In this document: positions 22,696 through 30,827 of the stretch, piece by piece
Layout: each line of letters begins with the position of its first letter
How positions within the stretch are numbered: position 1 is the first letter of the stretch
Assembly (NCBI RefSeq): GCF_000022265.1
Contig: NC_011979.1
Coordinates: forward strand, 240,001-272,000
Direction: 5' to 3'
DNA from: Geotalea daltonii FRC-32
GTDB taxonomy: Bacteria; Desulfobacterota; Desulfuromonadia; Geobacterales; Geobacteraceae
DNA: 32,000 bases
Position numbers and translations under genes: made by a program
The notes under the pieces: generated by a model
Database searches by the model: none
Told to the model about the DNA's origin: nothing
What the model saw: the letters and a program-made list of their open reading frames with translations, nothing else

Positions 22696-24600
22696 ATGAC
22701 AAGGTTAAGCTCACCAGAAAAATTGGAATGCGCCAGGAAGGAAATAATCTCCAAGATAGACCCGGCCAAGCCTTGTATCTCAGTCTGCGCCGGTGCCGGC
22801 TGTCTTGCCTCGGGGGCGGCAGATGTCATTGCCGCTTTCAAGACGGAGCTTGAATTCCATAACCTGACGACGGAAGTGAACACCAAGGGAACAGGCTGCC
22901 CAGGCTTTTGCGAGCGGGGACCGATCGTGATGATCTATCCGGAGGAGATCTGCTATCTCCAGGTAAAGCCCGAAGACGTCCCCGAGATCGTCTCCCACAC
23001 CATTAAGGAGAAGAAGGTGGTGGAGCGCCTCCTCTACGTGGACCCTGCGACGGGGAACAAGGCGACCAAAGAATCGGATATTCCGTTCTACAAGAATCAG
23101 CAGCGCAATATCCTCAGCGAAAACATCAGGATCGATTCCAAGAGCATCGATGACTACCTGGCCATCGGCGGCTACTCCGCACTCTCCAAGGTTCTTTTCA
23201 AGATGACCCCCGAAGAGGTGATGGGGGAAGTGAAGAAGTCGAACCTGCGGGGCAGGGGGGGCGGCGGCTTTCCCGCCTGGCGCAAGTGGGAGGAGTCCCG
23301 CAATGCTCCTGACCCGATCAAGTATGTGATCGTCAATGCCGACGAGGGGGACCCCGGGGCATTCATGGACCGGGCGCTTATTGAAGGTAATCCCCACTCG
23401 ATCCTGGAGGGACTGATCATCGGTGCCTATGCTGTAGGCGCCCATGAGGGATTCATCTACGTCCGCCAGGAATATCCCCTGGCCGTGGTGAACATCAACC
23501 TGGCCATCAGGCAGGCTGAGGAGCGCGGTCTTGTGGGCAAGAATATTCTCGGCTCCAATTTCGATTTCACCGTCAAGGTCCACATGGGGGCCGGCGCCTT
23601 CGTCTGCGGCGAATCGTCGGCACTGATGACCGCCCTTGAGGGGCGGGCAGGCGAGCCAAGGCCCAAATACATCCACACCGCCGTCAAGGGGGTCTGGGAC
23701 CATCCGAGCGTACTCAACAACGTGGAAACCTGGGCTAACGTGACACAGATTATCAACAAAGGGGCTGACTGGTTTACACAGTTCGGAACCGAGGGGAGCA
23801 AGGGGACGAAGATCTTCTCCCTGGTGGGCAAGATCACCAATACCGGCCTCGTTGAAGTTCCCATGGGCGTGACCCTTAAGGACATCATCCAGAACATCGG
23901 CGGCGGTATTCCCGGCGGCAAGAAGTTCAAGGCCGTGCAGACCGGCGGTCCTTCCGGCGGCTGCATCCCCGAGGCTCAGCTGGATCTGGTGGTCGACTTC
24001 GATCAGCTCACGAAAGCGGGCTCGATGATGGGCTCCGGCGGTATGATCGTCATGGATGAAGATACTTGCATGGTGGATATTGCCCGGTACTTCATCGACT
24101 TCCTCAAGGATGAATCCTGCGGCAAATGTACCCCGTGCCGGGAGGGGATCAGGCAGATGCTCAAGGTCCTGACCAACATTACCACCGGCAAGGGTAAGGA
24201 AGGGGACATCGAGCTCTTGGAGGAACTGGCAGAGTCCACGGGTGCAGCTCTGTGCGCACTGGGCAAAAGCGCCCCCAACCCGGTCTTGAGCACCATCCGC
24301 TATTTCCGGGAAGAGTACGAGGCACATATCCGGCACAAGAAGTGCCCTGCACTTTCATGCAAGGAACTGATCGCCTTTCATATCCAGCCGGACAAGTGCA
24401 AGGCCTGCGGCACCTGTTTCAAGCAGTGCCCCGCCGAGGCCATCGAGGGGGGCAAGAAGCGGATTCACATTATCGACCAGGATAAGTGTACCAAGTGCGG
24501 AACCTGTCTTGACGTCTGCCCGAAACAATTCGGTGCGGTGCGAAAAATTTCCGGGGAACCGGTTCCGGCCCCAGTCCCTGAAGAAAAAAGAGCCCTGTGA
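22696..24600 (+). CDS. bamH: NuoF-like FMN/NAD(P)H-binding Fe-S subunit
   Basis: GRGGGGFPAWRKWE FMN site, ESCGKCTPCREG N3-type cluster, and a C-terminal 2x[4Fe-4S] ferredoxin (CKACGTCFKQCP, CTKCGTCLDVCP). Start taken as ATG 22696. The GTG at 22678 overlaps bamG. Confidence 0.9.
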   Translation: MTRLSSPEKLECARKEIISKIDPAKPCISVCAGAGCLASGAADVIAAFKTELEFHNLTTEVNTKGTGCPGFCERGPIVMIYPEEICYLQVKPEDVPEIVSHTIKEKKVVERLLYVDPATGNKATKESDIPFYKNQQRNILSENIRIDSKSIDDYLAIGGYSALSKVLFKMTPEEVMGEVKKSNLRGRGGGGFPAWRKWEESRNAPDPIKYVIVNADEGDPGAFMDRALIEGNPHSILEGLIIGAYAVGAHEGFIYVRQEYPLAVVNINLAIRQAEERGLVGKNILGSNFDFTVKVHMGAGAFVCGESSALMTALEGRAGEPRPKYIHTAVKGVWDHPSVLNNVETWANVTQIINKGADWFTQFGTEGSKGTKIFSLVGKITNTGLVEVPMGVTLKDIIQNIGGGIPGGKKFKAVQTGGPSGGCIPEAQLDLVVDFDQLTKAGSMMGSGGMIVMDEDTCMVDIARYFIDFLKDESCGKCTPCREGIRQMLKVLTNITTGKGKEGDIELLEELAESTGAALCALGKSAPNPVLSTIRYFREEYEAHIRHKKCPALSCKELIAFHIQPDKCKACGTCFKQCPAEAIEGGKKRIHIIDQDKCTKCGTCLDVCPKQFGAVRKISGEPVPAPVPEEKRAL

Positions 24601-24609
24601 GAGAAAACT

Positions 24610-25245
24610 ATGAGCGAAATCCACTTGCAGATCGATGGAAAAGAAGTTGTCGCCAGTGAAGGAATGACAATTCTGGAGGCGGCGAAGACGGTGGGCATCT
24701 CCATCCCTACCCTTTGCCACTCTGAAAAGCTGGAGCCTTACGGCGGATGCCGGATTTGTACCGTGGAAGTTGAAGTCCGCGGCTGGCCGAAGTTGGTCGC
24801 CGGCTGCATCTATCCGGTTGAGAAGGACCTGGTGGTAAGGACCAAGTCGGAGAAGGTGAACAAAATCCGCAAGGTGCTGATAGAAGAGATGCTGGCCCAC
24901 GCTCCCGACGCCGAAGTATTGAAAGAGCTGGCCACGGAGTACGGAGCGGACAAGGATCGCTTCGAAAAACATCCCTCCTTCTGTATTCACTGTGGCCTGT
25001 GTGTCAGGTACTGCGCCGAGATCAAGAAAAAGAACGCTGTCGGCTTCGTCGACCGGGGTTCCAACCGGGAGATCAGCTTCATTCCCGAGATTGCAGCCAA
25101 GGAATGCTGGGACTGCAAGGAGTGTTTCCCCCTCTGCCCCACCTCTGCTCTGCAGGCGGCGTACGTGCTGGCCGAGTCGCTGATGACTCCGCCGGAGAGT
25201 GCAAGTGGATGTGGCTGCTCCTGCAGTAGCGGGAAAAAGGGATAG
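24610..25245 (+). CDS. bamI: NuoG N-terminal-like [2Fe-2S]/[4Fe-4S] subunit
   Basis: 211 aa. IDGKEVVASEGMTILEAAKTVGISIPTLCH...GGCRICTVEV plant-type 2Fe-2S motif, then CIHCGLCVRYC and CKECFPLCP. Confidence 0.9.
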   Translation: MSEIHLQIDGKEVVASEGMTILEAAKTVGISIPTLCHSEKLEPYGGCRICTVEVEVRGWPKLVAGCIYPVEKDLVVRTKSEKVNKIRKVLIEEMLAHAPDAEVLKELATEYGADKDRFEKHPSFCIHCGLCVRYCAEIKKKNAVGFVDRGSNREISFIPEIAAKECWDCKECFPLCPTSALQAAYVLAESLMTPPESASGCGCSCSSGKKG

Positions 25246-25289
25246 CCGGACCCGCTGAACCCTTGCAGTTGACCGGCAATATATTGGTC

Positions 25290-25340
25290 AGGCCTTGAGA
25301 GGAGCCGAATCGTCCGGTCTTCTTTCAAGGCCTTTTTTTG
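25290..25340 (+). terminator. Rho-independent terminator of the bamB-I operon
   Basis: AGGCCTTGA (25290-25298) pairs with TCAAGGCCT (25325-25333). Further internal pairing gives about 18 bp in total. Followed directly by a run of seven T. Confidence 0.8.
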
Positions 25341-25610
25341 TGTTCTTCAGGCTTTACCGGGGAAGGCCGTCGTGGCGTCGGGAGTGAGCGACGAGCTACA
25401 GCGGCGAGCGGACGCCCGCCCCATGTTGAGCGGAGTTGATTCGTCACTTCAAGCATCAAGCGTCATGGTATGGGTGGCACTGCAAGGGCCGCAGCTGTGG
25501 CGACGGAGCGAACGGACGATGTCGCGACGGCCTTTTCCTGGAACTCCCGGATGAATCTTTTTTAGCCCCTGCTCACTGGCGTTCGCTTCCCCCGTATGGA
25601 ATTGAGGAGA

Positions 25611-26186
25611 TTAAGGGGGTGGACTTACCCTCCCGCGGTCGGGCTCTGCCTCCGTGAGCGGCTCTGCTTCCCTCATGGAGACCTTGGACTGGGCCGCCAG
25701 CCACTGATAGAGCAGGGTTCCTTGCGCTTTCCTGGTGATCTCTTCTTTTTCCAGTGGACGGATTTCCCTGGCGGGCATTCCCCCGATCAGCATGTTCGCC
25801 CCGGTCGTCATGCCCGACTTGACGAAAGCCATGGCGGCAACGAAGGAATTCTCACCAATGACTGCGTGGTCCATCACGACGGCGTTCATGCCGATCAGCG
25901 CATTCCTGCCGATGGTGCAGCCGTGCAGTATGGCCCCGTGGCCCACATGGCCGTTTTCCCCGACGATGACATCCACCTCCGGAAATGAATGAATGACACA
26001 GGTGTCCTGAATGTTCGCTCCGGCGCTGATGACGATACGGCCCAGATCGCCCCGCAGGCATGCGCATGCCCCGATGTAGCTGTTCGGCCCGATGATCACG
26101 TCGCCGATGATGACCGCATCGGGATGGACGAAAGAGGTCGGGTCGATAACCGGGATCACTCCACCCATTTCATATACTTTTGCCAT
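25611..26186 (-). CDS. Hexapeptide-repeat (LbH) protein, PaaY/CaiE/gamma-carbonic-anhydrase-like
   Basis: 191 aa from ATG 26186 (GGAGGA SD). MAKVYEMGGVIPVIDPTSFVHPDAVIIGDVIIGPNSYIGACACLRGD... shows left-handed beta-helix hexapeptide periodicity and the His ligand pattern of the gamma-CA/PaaY family. Confidence 0.85.
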   Translation of the reverse strand: MAKVYEMGGVIPVIDPTSFVHPDAVIIGDVIIGPNSYIGACACLRGDLGRIVISAGANIQDTCVIHSFPEVDVIVGENGHVGHGAILHGCTIGRNALIGMNAVVMDHAVIGENSFVAAMAFVKSGMTTGANMLIGGMPAREIRPLEKEEITRKAQGTLLYQWLAAQSKVSMREAEPLTEAEPDRGRVSPPP

Positions 26187-26319
26187 GGTTATTATCCTCC
26201 GAAAAGCCATTAACCCCATTCCTCCTGTGCGAAGAAATGGGGCTGTTTAGGGGTTACTTGAGATGTAATCGTTACCCAATTCGCAACGAGGGATTTTTCG
26301 TCCTGGCAAGGAAATCGAG

Positions 26320-26362
26320 GGCTTGCGCGGAGGCGTACATCGGTACGCCGCACAAGCAAGCC
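26320..26362. other. 16-bp composite stem-loop between the hbd-like and PaaY-like genes
   Basis: Outer stem GGCTTGC/GCAAGCC. Inner stem GC..GGCGTAC / GTACGCC..GC with a 3-nt bulge. No clean U-run on the minus-strand transcript. May be a weak terminator or a stabiliser. Confidence 0.3.
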
Positions 26363-26400
26363 TGAAGATTGACACCGCCAGGGCGGAAAAGCACCGTTGC

Positions 26401-27336
26401 CTAAGCTAAGGGCTGCAGCATCTCCTCGGCGGTGCCTATGACATACTTGGACATGTCCAGGGGCTTAGGGTTGCGGGGGTCGCTCCAGTCGTAGAATCCC
26501 TTGCCGCTGCTGGCACCGTACTCTCCGTTCTTCACCATCCGCATAAGCGTCAGGGGCGGATACATGCGGGGATCGTTGGACGCCTGATACATTTGCAGGG
26601 CCACCCGCAGCATGGTGGGGGCCGTGACGAAATCGTGCAGCTTGAAGGTCCCCTGGGGGTGCCCCAGACTGGTGTACAAGCCGGTATCCCCGTCCTCCAC
26701 CGTAATCTTTCCCTGCTCCAGCAAGCGCACTGCATCCAGCATTTGGGGCACGAGCAGACGATTGACCCAGAACCCCGGAATGTTCGGCGCCAGGAATGGT
26801 GCCTTTTTCATGTTCAGCAGGGTCTGGCGGGTGAATTCAATGGTCTCGCTGCTGGTCTTGGCTCCCGGTACCACCTCGACCCCCGGCATCAGGGGCACAG
26901 GATTCATGCCGTGGGTGACGATGGAGCGATCCGGCCGGCCGCCGGCCTGGGCCATGGGGTCGATGTCGAGGCTGCTGCTGTTGGACCAGAACACCACCGA
27001 TGGTGGAAGCTGGGGCAGGTAGTCGGCAAGCACTGAACATTTCAGCTTCAGATCTTCGAAGATCACCTCCAGAAATACGTCGCAACCCTTGGCTGCATCG
27101 ATAAACGCTCCCTTTTCGTTGTGGACGCGTATCTTTCCCATGGCATTCGAGACAAAATTCGGGTCGTCGTGCTTGAACTTCTTGGCAGCTGTGGCAGCAA
27201 GCTTCTCACAGCCGGCGACCGTCCCGGCCAGTGTCTGTGGGCTGGCGTCGTGACAATGTACTTCATGTCCGCTCATGGCGCATTGGGTAATCCAGCCGCG
27301 TCCCATAATTCCCGTACCCAGAATGGCAAATTTCAT
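26401..27336 (-). CDS. 3-hydroxyacyl-CoA dehydrogenase family protein (Hbd-like)
   Basis: 311 aa with a GGAGGAGG SD. NAD fold MKFAILGTGIMGRGW, and a catalytic-domain/C-terminal dimerisation region ending GKGFYDW. Confidence 0.9.
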   Translation of the reverse strand: MKFAILGTGIMGRGWITQCAMSGHEVHCHDASPQTLAGTVAGCEKLAATAAKKFKHDDPNFVSNAMGKIRVHNEKGAFIDAAKGCDVFLEVIFEDLKLKCSVLADYLPQLPPSVVFWSNSSSLDIDPMAQAGGRPDRSIVTHGMNPVPLMPGVEVVPGAKTSSETIEFTRQTLLNMKKAPFLAPNIPGFWVNRLLVPQMLDAVRLLEQGKITVEDGDTGLYTSLGHPQGTFKLHDFVTAPTMLRVALQMYQASNDPRMYPPLTLMRMVKNGEYGASSGKGFYDWSDPRNPKPLDMSKYVIGTAEEMLQPLA

Positions 27337-27405
27337 AATCTTCCTCCTCCAGTGGATTTACAAATCGGCAACCTGATTGGAACATAGTGTGCCGCATCTA
27401 AATCG

Positions 27406-27439
27406 GTAATTAAGCACCATAATACATATTTTGTGCCAA
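27406..27439 (-). promoter_or_regulatory. Promoter/operator module, copy H (hbd-like gene)
   Basis: Minus strand: TTGGCA (27439-27434), 17 nt ending ATTATGG, TGCTTA (27416-27411), ATTAC (27410-27406). 26/34 identical to the bamB copy. Confidence 0.5.
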
Positions 27440-27660
27440 TATGGCCATCTGCCAGATGACGAAAGGCTGCAATCTTGTAACATGCAGGAATCAGAAGGTT
27501 ATTTTGATGGCTGGGGGCGGGTTGGACGCTGGGGGAGAGGCAATCGGAAGGGCAACCAGAGGCGCTCATGTGAAACAAGTTTGCCTGCTGAAGGAAGATA
27601 AGGGGTAATCTGCAGCGTTTTCTTTCACTTTGTCCGTGGGGATGGAAAGATATTTTCACA

Positions 27661-29025
27661 TCAGCTGTTTTTTCCCAGCCCATAGGTTCTTATCTTTGCG
27701 CGCAGGGTCGGACGGGAGATCTGCAGGGCCTGACAGGTTTTACCCAGACTCCATTCGTAGGATTCCAGGGCGAACAGGATATGGTCACGCTCGGCATCGG
27801 CCAGGCTCTTTACCGAGCGTTCAGTGGCCGGCTGGTAGCGGTCTCCGTCGAGAGCCGCTGCCAATTCTTCCTCGGACAACACCGTCGATTTGGTCATCAG
27901 GGCGGCACGCGTCAGGCTGTTTTCCAGCTCACGCACATTGCCCGGCCAATCACGCTTCATCAGCTCGCCGATCGCCCCCTCCGACAACATCCTGGGACGC
28001 AGGGCGGTGCGTGCGGCAATTTTTTCCAGGAGAAACCGGGCCAGGTCGGGAATATCGGAACGCCTGTCCCGCAGGGGGGGCATATGAATAGTAACGACCT
28101 TGAGCCGGAAGTAGAGGTCCTCGCGGAATGTTCCTTCGGCGACCATGGCCAGCAAGTCGCGATTGGTGGCGGCGATGATCCTGGCGTTGGACTGGATGGG
28201 TGCTACTCCCCCCACGCGCACGAATTGCCCCTCCTGCAGGAAGCGTAGCAGACGGCTCTGCAGGTGCAGTGGCAGTTCACCGATCTCGTCGAAAAACACC
28301 GTCCCGTCGCCGGTCAGTTCGATACGCCCGGCGCGGGTCCGGTCGGCCCCGGTGAATGCCCCTTTTTCGTAACCGAACAACTCGCTTTCCACCAGTGACG
28401 GCGCAAGGGTGGAGCAGTCCATGACGGTAAAGGGTTTGTTGTTCCACGGGCTGTTGCGGTGGATCGCCTGGGCGACCATGTCCTTGCCGGTGCCGCTCTC
28501 ACCCTGCACCAGCATCGTAACCCGCGCCCCGGAAGCCAGGGCGATCTTCTTGAATACTTCCTTCATCGCCTTGCTTTTGCCGATCAGGTGCAGCGTGTCC
28601 AACCCCCCCAGCGGCTGGTTTGCCGACTCATCGTCAGCTGCCACCGGAGCGGCAGACATCATCGCACGCAGTCGCTTGAGGACGCTATCCATCTCGTCGA
28701 TGTCAATGGGCTTGTGCAGGTAGTCGAATGCACCCGCCTTGATGGCCTTGATGGTACTCTCCATATCCTGGTGGGCGGTGATCATGATCACTTCGGCATT
28801 GGGCACCCGTGAGCGGAGTTCCTTCAGGACCTCCAGACCGTCCATGTCGGGCAGCCTGATGTCCAGAACCACCAGATCGGGTTGTACCCTCCTGGCCAGT
28901 GAAATCCCTTTTTTCCCATCGGGAGCGGTATGGACTTTCCATGACCGCAACTGGAAGAAGACCTCCATGGATTGGAGGATGGAGGGCTGATCGTCGATAA
29001 CGAGAACAATATATGCCATGGTCAC
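27661..29025 (-). CDS. Sigma54-dependent response regulator (NtrC family; BamW-like)
   Basis: 454 aa. Receiver domain (VLVIDDQPS...DLVVLDIRLPDMDG), AAA+ domain with GESGTGKD Walker A and the GAFTGA sigma54-contact motif, and a C-terminal Fis-type HTH. Start overlaps the kinase stop by 4 nt. Confidence 0.92.
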   Translation of the reverse strand: MTMAYIVLVIDDQPSILQSMEVFFQLRSWKVHTAPDGKKGISLARRVQPDLVVLDIRLPDMDGLEVLKELRSRVPNAEVIMITAHQDMESTIKAIKAGAFDYLHKPIDIDEMDSVLKRLRAMMSAAPVAADDESANQPLGGLDTLHLIGKSKAMKEVFKKIALASGARVTMLVQGESGTGKDMVAQAIHRNSPWNNKPFTVMDCSTLAPSLVESELFGYEKGAFTGADRTRAGRIELTGDGTVFFDEIGELPLHLQSRLLRFLQEGQFVRVGGVAPIQSNARIIAATNRDLLAMVAEGTFREDLYFRLKVVTIHMPPLRDRRSDIPDLARFLLEKIAARTALRPRMLSEGAIGELMKRDWPGNVRELENSLTRAALMTKSTVLSEEELAAALDGDRYQPATERSVKSLADAERDHILFALESYEWSLGKTCQALQISRPTLRAKIRTYGLGKNS

Positions 29026-30524
29026 TGCTCCTGGGGCAACCGCAGGCAGACCCGGAGTCCCCGCGGCCGACGGATGCCGACTTCCACTACCCCGCCGTGC
29101 GCTTCAATGACTTTCTTCACATTATCCAATCCCAGGCCGATGCGCCGTTTCTGCTTCTCGTCGAAGTAGTAGGGCAGGAGTTCCGCGGGGATGCCGGGCC
29201 CGTTGTCGGCGACGCAGATAGTTCCCCACTGGCTCCCCTGGTGCTCAACCCGCCCTGAGGTGACGAAGATATGCCCCCCTCGTGGCACTGCCTCGATGGC
29301 ATTGAAAAGAAGATTCACCAGGGTCTGCTCGATACGGTGGGGGTCGATTCGCAATCGGTCCAGCTTCGGGCTCAGCCGCAGGGAGGCCTTTACCCCCTTA
29401 TGCTCCATGCGCGTCCGGAGCGCGTCCACGCAGTCCTGGATGAAGGGTCGCAGGAGCACGATTTCCCGGTTCAGGCGGAATGGCCGGGCGAGATGCATCA
29501 TCTCCAGCACCGAACGTTCAATGCTCTCCACCTCTTTGCGGGAGATCTCCAGCAGACGATGATGGGTGGGATTGCCATCGAGTTCCGCTGCCAGCATCTG
29601 CACATTCATCTTGATGGCGGTCAATGGATTGCGGATGTCGTGGGCCAGGGAGGCTGCCTGCTGGGCGAGGGCATTGAGCGTCTCCGCCTCCCTTGTTTTC
29701 TGCTCCAGTTCCTTGCGCTCGCTGATATCACGGCAGATCCCCAGGCTGGCCGCCTTCCCCTCGTAGGAGGAAATCTTGGCGAGCGCCTCGGTCGGCAGTT
29801 TCCTGCCGTTCGACTGCAGGCGGAAATACTCCACAAGACTGGTCGACTGGCTGGTACGTGATTGTTCGGAGGAACGCTCCACATCCCCCCTCGATTCCGG
29901 GGCGACCAGCTCAAGAAACGGTATTCCCACGATTTCCTTCATGGGACGGCCATGCATGGCGCAAAAGGCACTGTTGGCGAAGACCACCACCCCGTCGTGG
30001 AGAACGTAATAGCCGTCACGGATGTCCTCCACCAGGGCCTTGTACTTGCTCTCCGATTCCGACAGTTCCCGTGTCCTTTTGGCTACTTCCTTTTCCAGCA
30101 CGACGGTCTGCTGCCGCATATACTCTTCATGGAGCCCCTGGAAAAAATCGCTGAATTTTCCCACCGTCTGGGAAATACAACTCCCCAACCGGGCGATGGC
30201 CTCGTCCCGCTCGTCATCCCGGGCATTCCTGATGATAAAGGGCGTCACCACCTGCTGATAGAGCATGAAAGCCTTTTGCACGTCGGACAGTTTGTATCCC
30301 TGGGCAAGCCTCCTGCGCGCGATAAAGGTGATGAAGGCATCGAGCTCGTCCCAGCCCCCTCCGTCGAGAACCAGGCTATACGCAGCAGTCGCCTGACTGA
30401 CCAACGGCCGGAGATTCGCCTCCGCTTCGCGATGATAGGGCGCTGACCGGTCGGAAAGCATCCTGCCGACCCACACATCGACGATCTCCCCGTGGTATTT
30501 CCCCAGTGTTTTGAAAACGTCCAT
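29022..30524 (-). CDS. Cytoplasmic PAS sensor histidine kinase (BamV-like)
   Basis: 500 aa from ATG 30524 (GGGAGG SD). No transmembrane segment. N-terminal sensory domain, PAS (YKALVEDIRDGYYVLHDGVVVFANSAFCAMHG), H-box SLAHDIRNPL, and an ATPase domain with DNGPGIP and GLGLDNV. Confidence 0.88.
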   Translation of the reverse strand: MDVFKTLGKYHGEIVDVWVGRMLSDRSAPYHREAEANLRPLVSQATAAYSLVLDGGGWDELDAFITFIARRRLAQGYKLSDVQKAFMLYQQVVTPFIIRNARDDERDEAIARLGSCISQTVGKFSDFFQGLHEEYMRQQTVVLEKEVAKRTRELSESESKYKALVEDIRDGYYVLHDGVVVFANSAFCAMHGRPMKEIVGIPFLELVAPESRGDVERSSEQSRTSQSTSLVEYFRLQSNGRKLPTEALAKISSYEGKAASLGICRDISERKELEQKTREAETLNALAQQAASLAHDIRNPLTAIKMNVQMLAAELDGNPTHHRLLEISRKEVESIERSVLEMMHLARPFRLNREIVLLRPFIQDCVDALRTRMEHKGVKASLRLSPKLDRLRIDPHRIEQTLVNLLFNAIEAVPRGGHIFVTSGRVEHQGSQWGTICVADNGPGIPAELLPYYFDEKQKRRIGLGLDNVKKVIEAHGGVVEVGIRRPRGLRVCLRLPQEQ

Positions 30525-30625
30525 TACGCCTCCCTGCTGTGGAACTCTTCTGCGACAATGGCGTGCATTGACTGTGGTGAAAATAATTTTCCCTGTCCCC
30601 TGGTGCAATCTCTTCTCATGAAGTC

Positions 30626-30640
30626 AATAACAGTGTTATT
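30626..30640. promoter_or_regulatory. Candidate enhancer (UAS) palindrome
   Basis: AATAAC-agt-GTTATT, about 100 bp upstream of the -24 element. A related AAACA-c-TGTTT lies at 30712-30722. Confidence 0.3.
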
Positions 30641-30727
30641 GAAAAAAATCATCACGCTCCCACTGTACCATTGAAAAATTCTTTCCACAACCATTTAAGA
30701 AAACCGCAAACAAACACTGTTTTTGTG

Positions 30728-30762
30728 TGGCATGATGCTTGCTGAATGGCACATATACCGCA
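30728..30762 (+). promoter_or_regulatory. Tandem sigma54 -24/-12 promoters for the aryl-acid ligase gene
   Basis: P1 is TGGCATgatgcTTGCT (30728-30743). P2 is TGGCACatataCCGCA (30747-30762). Both have canonical GG/GC spacing. They lie 65-100 nt upstream of ATG 30828 and are divergent from the NtrC-type activator operon. Confidence 0.6.
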
Positions 30763-30827
30763 AAAAACGGATGAATGACGATCCGGTAACGGTTTTAATA
30801 GACAATACTGAAAGGAGGATTAATGGC

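Noticed and set aside
16914-24336. Long minus-strand ORFs 16914-17918 (334 aa), 20007-21380 (457 aa) and 22780-24336 (518 aa)
   Set aside because: Antisense shadows of bamD, bamE and bamH respectively. No SDs and no motifs.
25341-25610. 270-bp unassigned GC-rich spacer with loosely repeated GTGGCG(A/T)CGG...GAGCG..ACGGACG segments and a TGGCAC-tgcaa-GGGCC sigma54-like match (25474-25489)
   Set aside because: No plus-strand gene follows within 5 kb. No terminator-bounded small-RNA shape is evident. The repeats are low-complexity and weak, and no frame has a recognisable product. Possibly decayed DNA, but I cannot support a call.
27423-27438. Sigma54-like TGGCAC-N5-ATGTA upstream of the hbd-like gene
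   Set aside because: The -12 lacks the GC doublet. The sequence aligns better as the -35 (TTGGCA) of the shared sigma70-type module.
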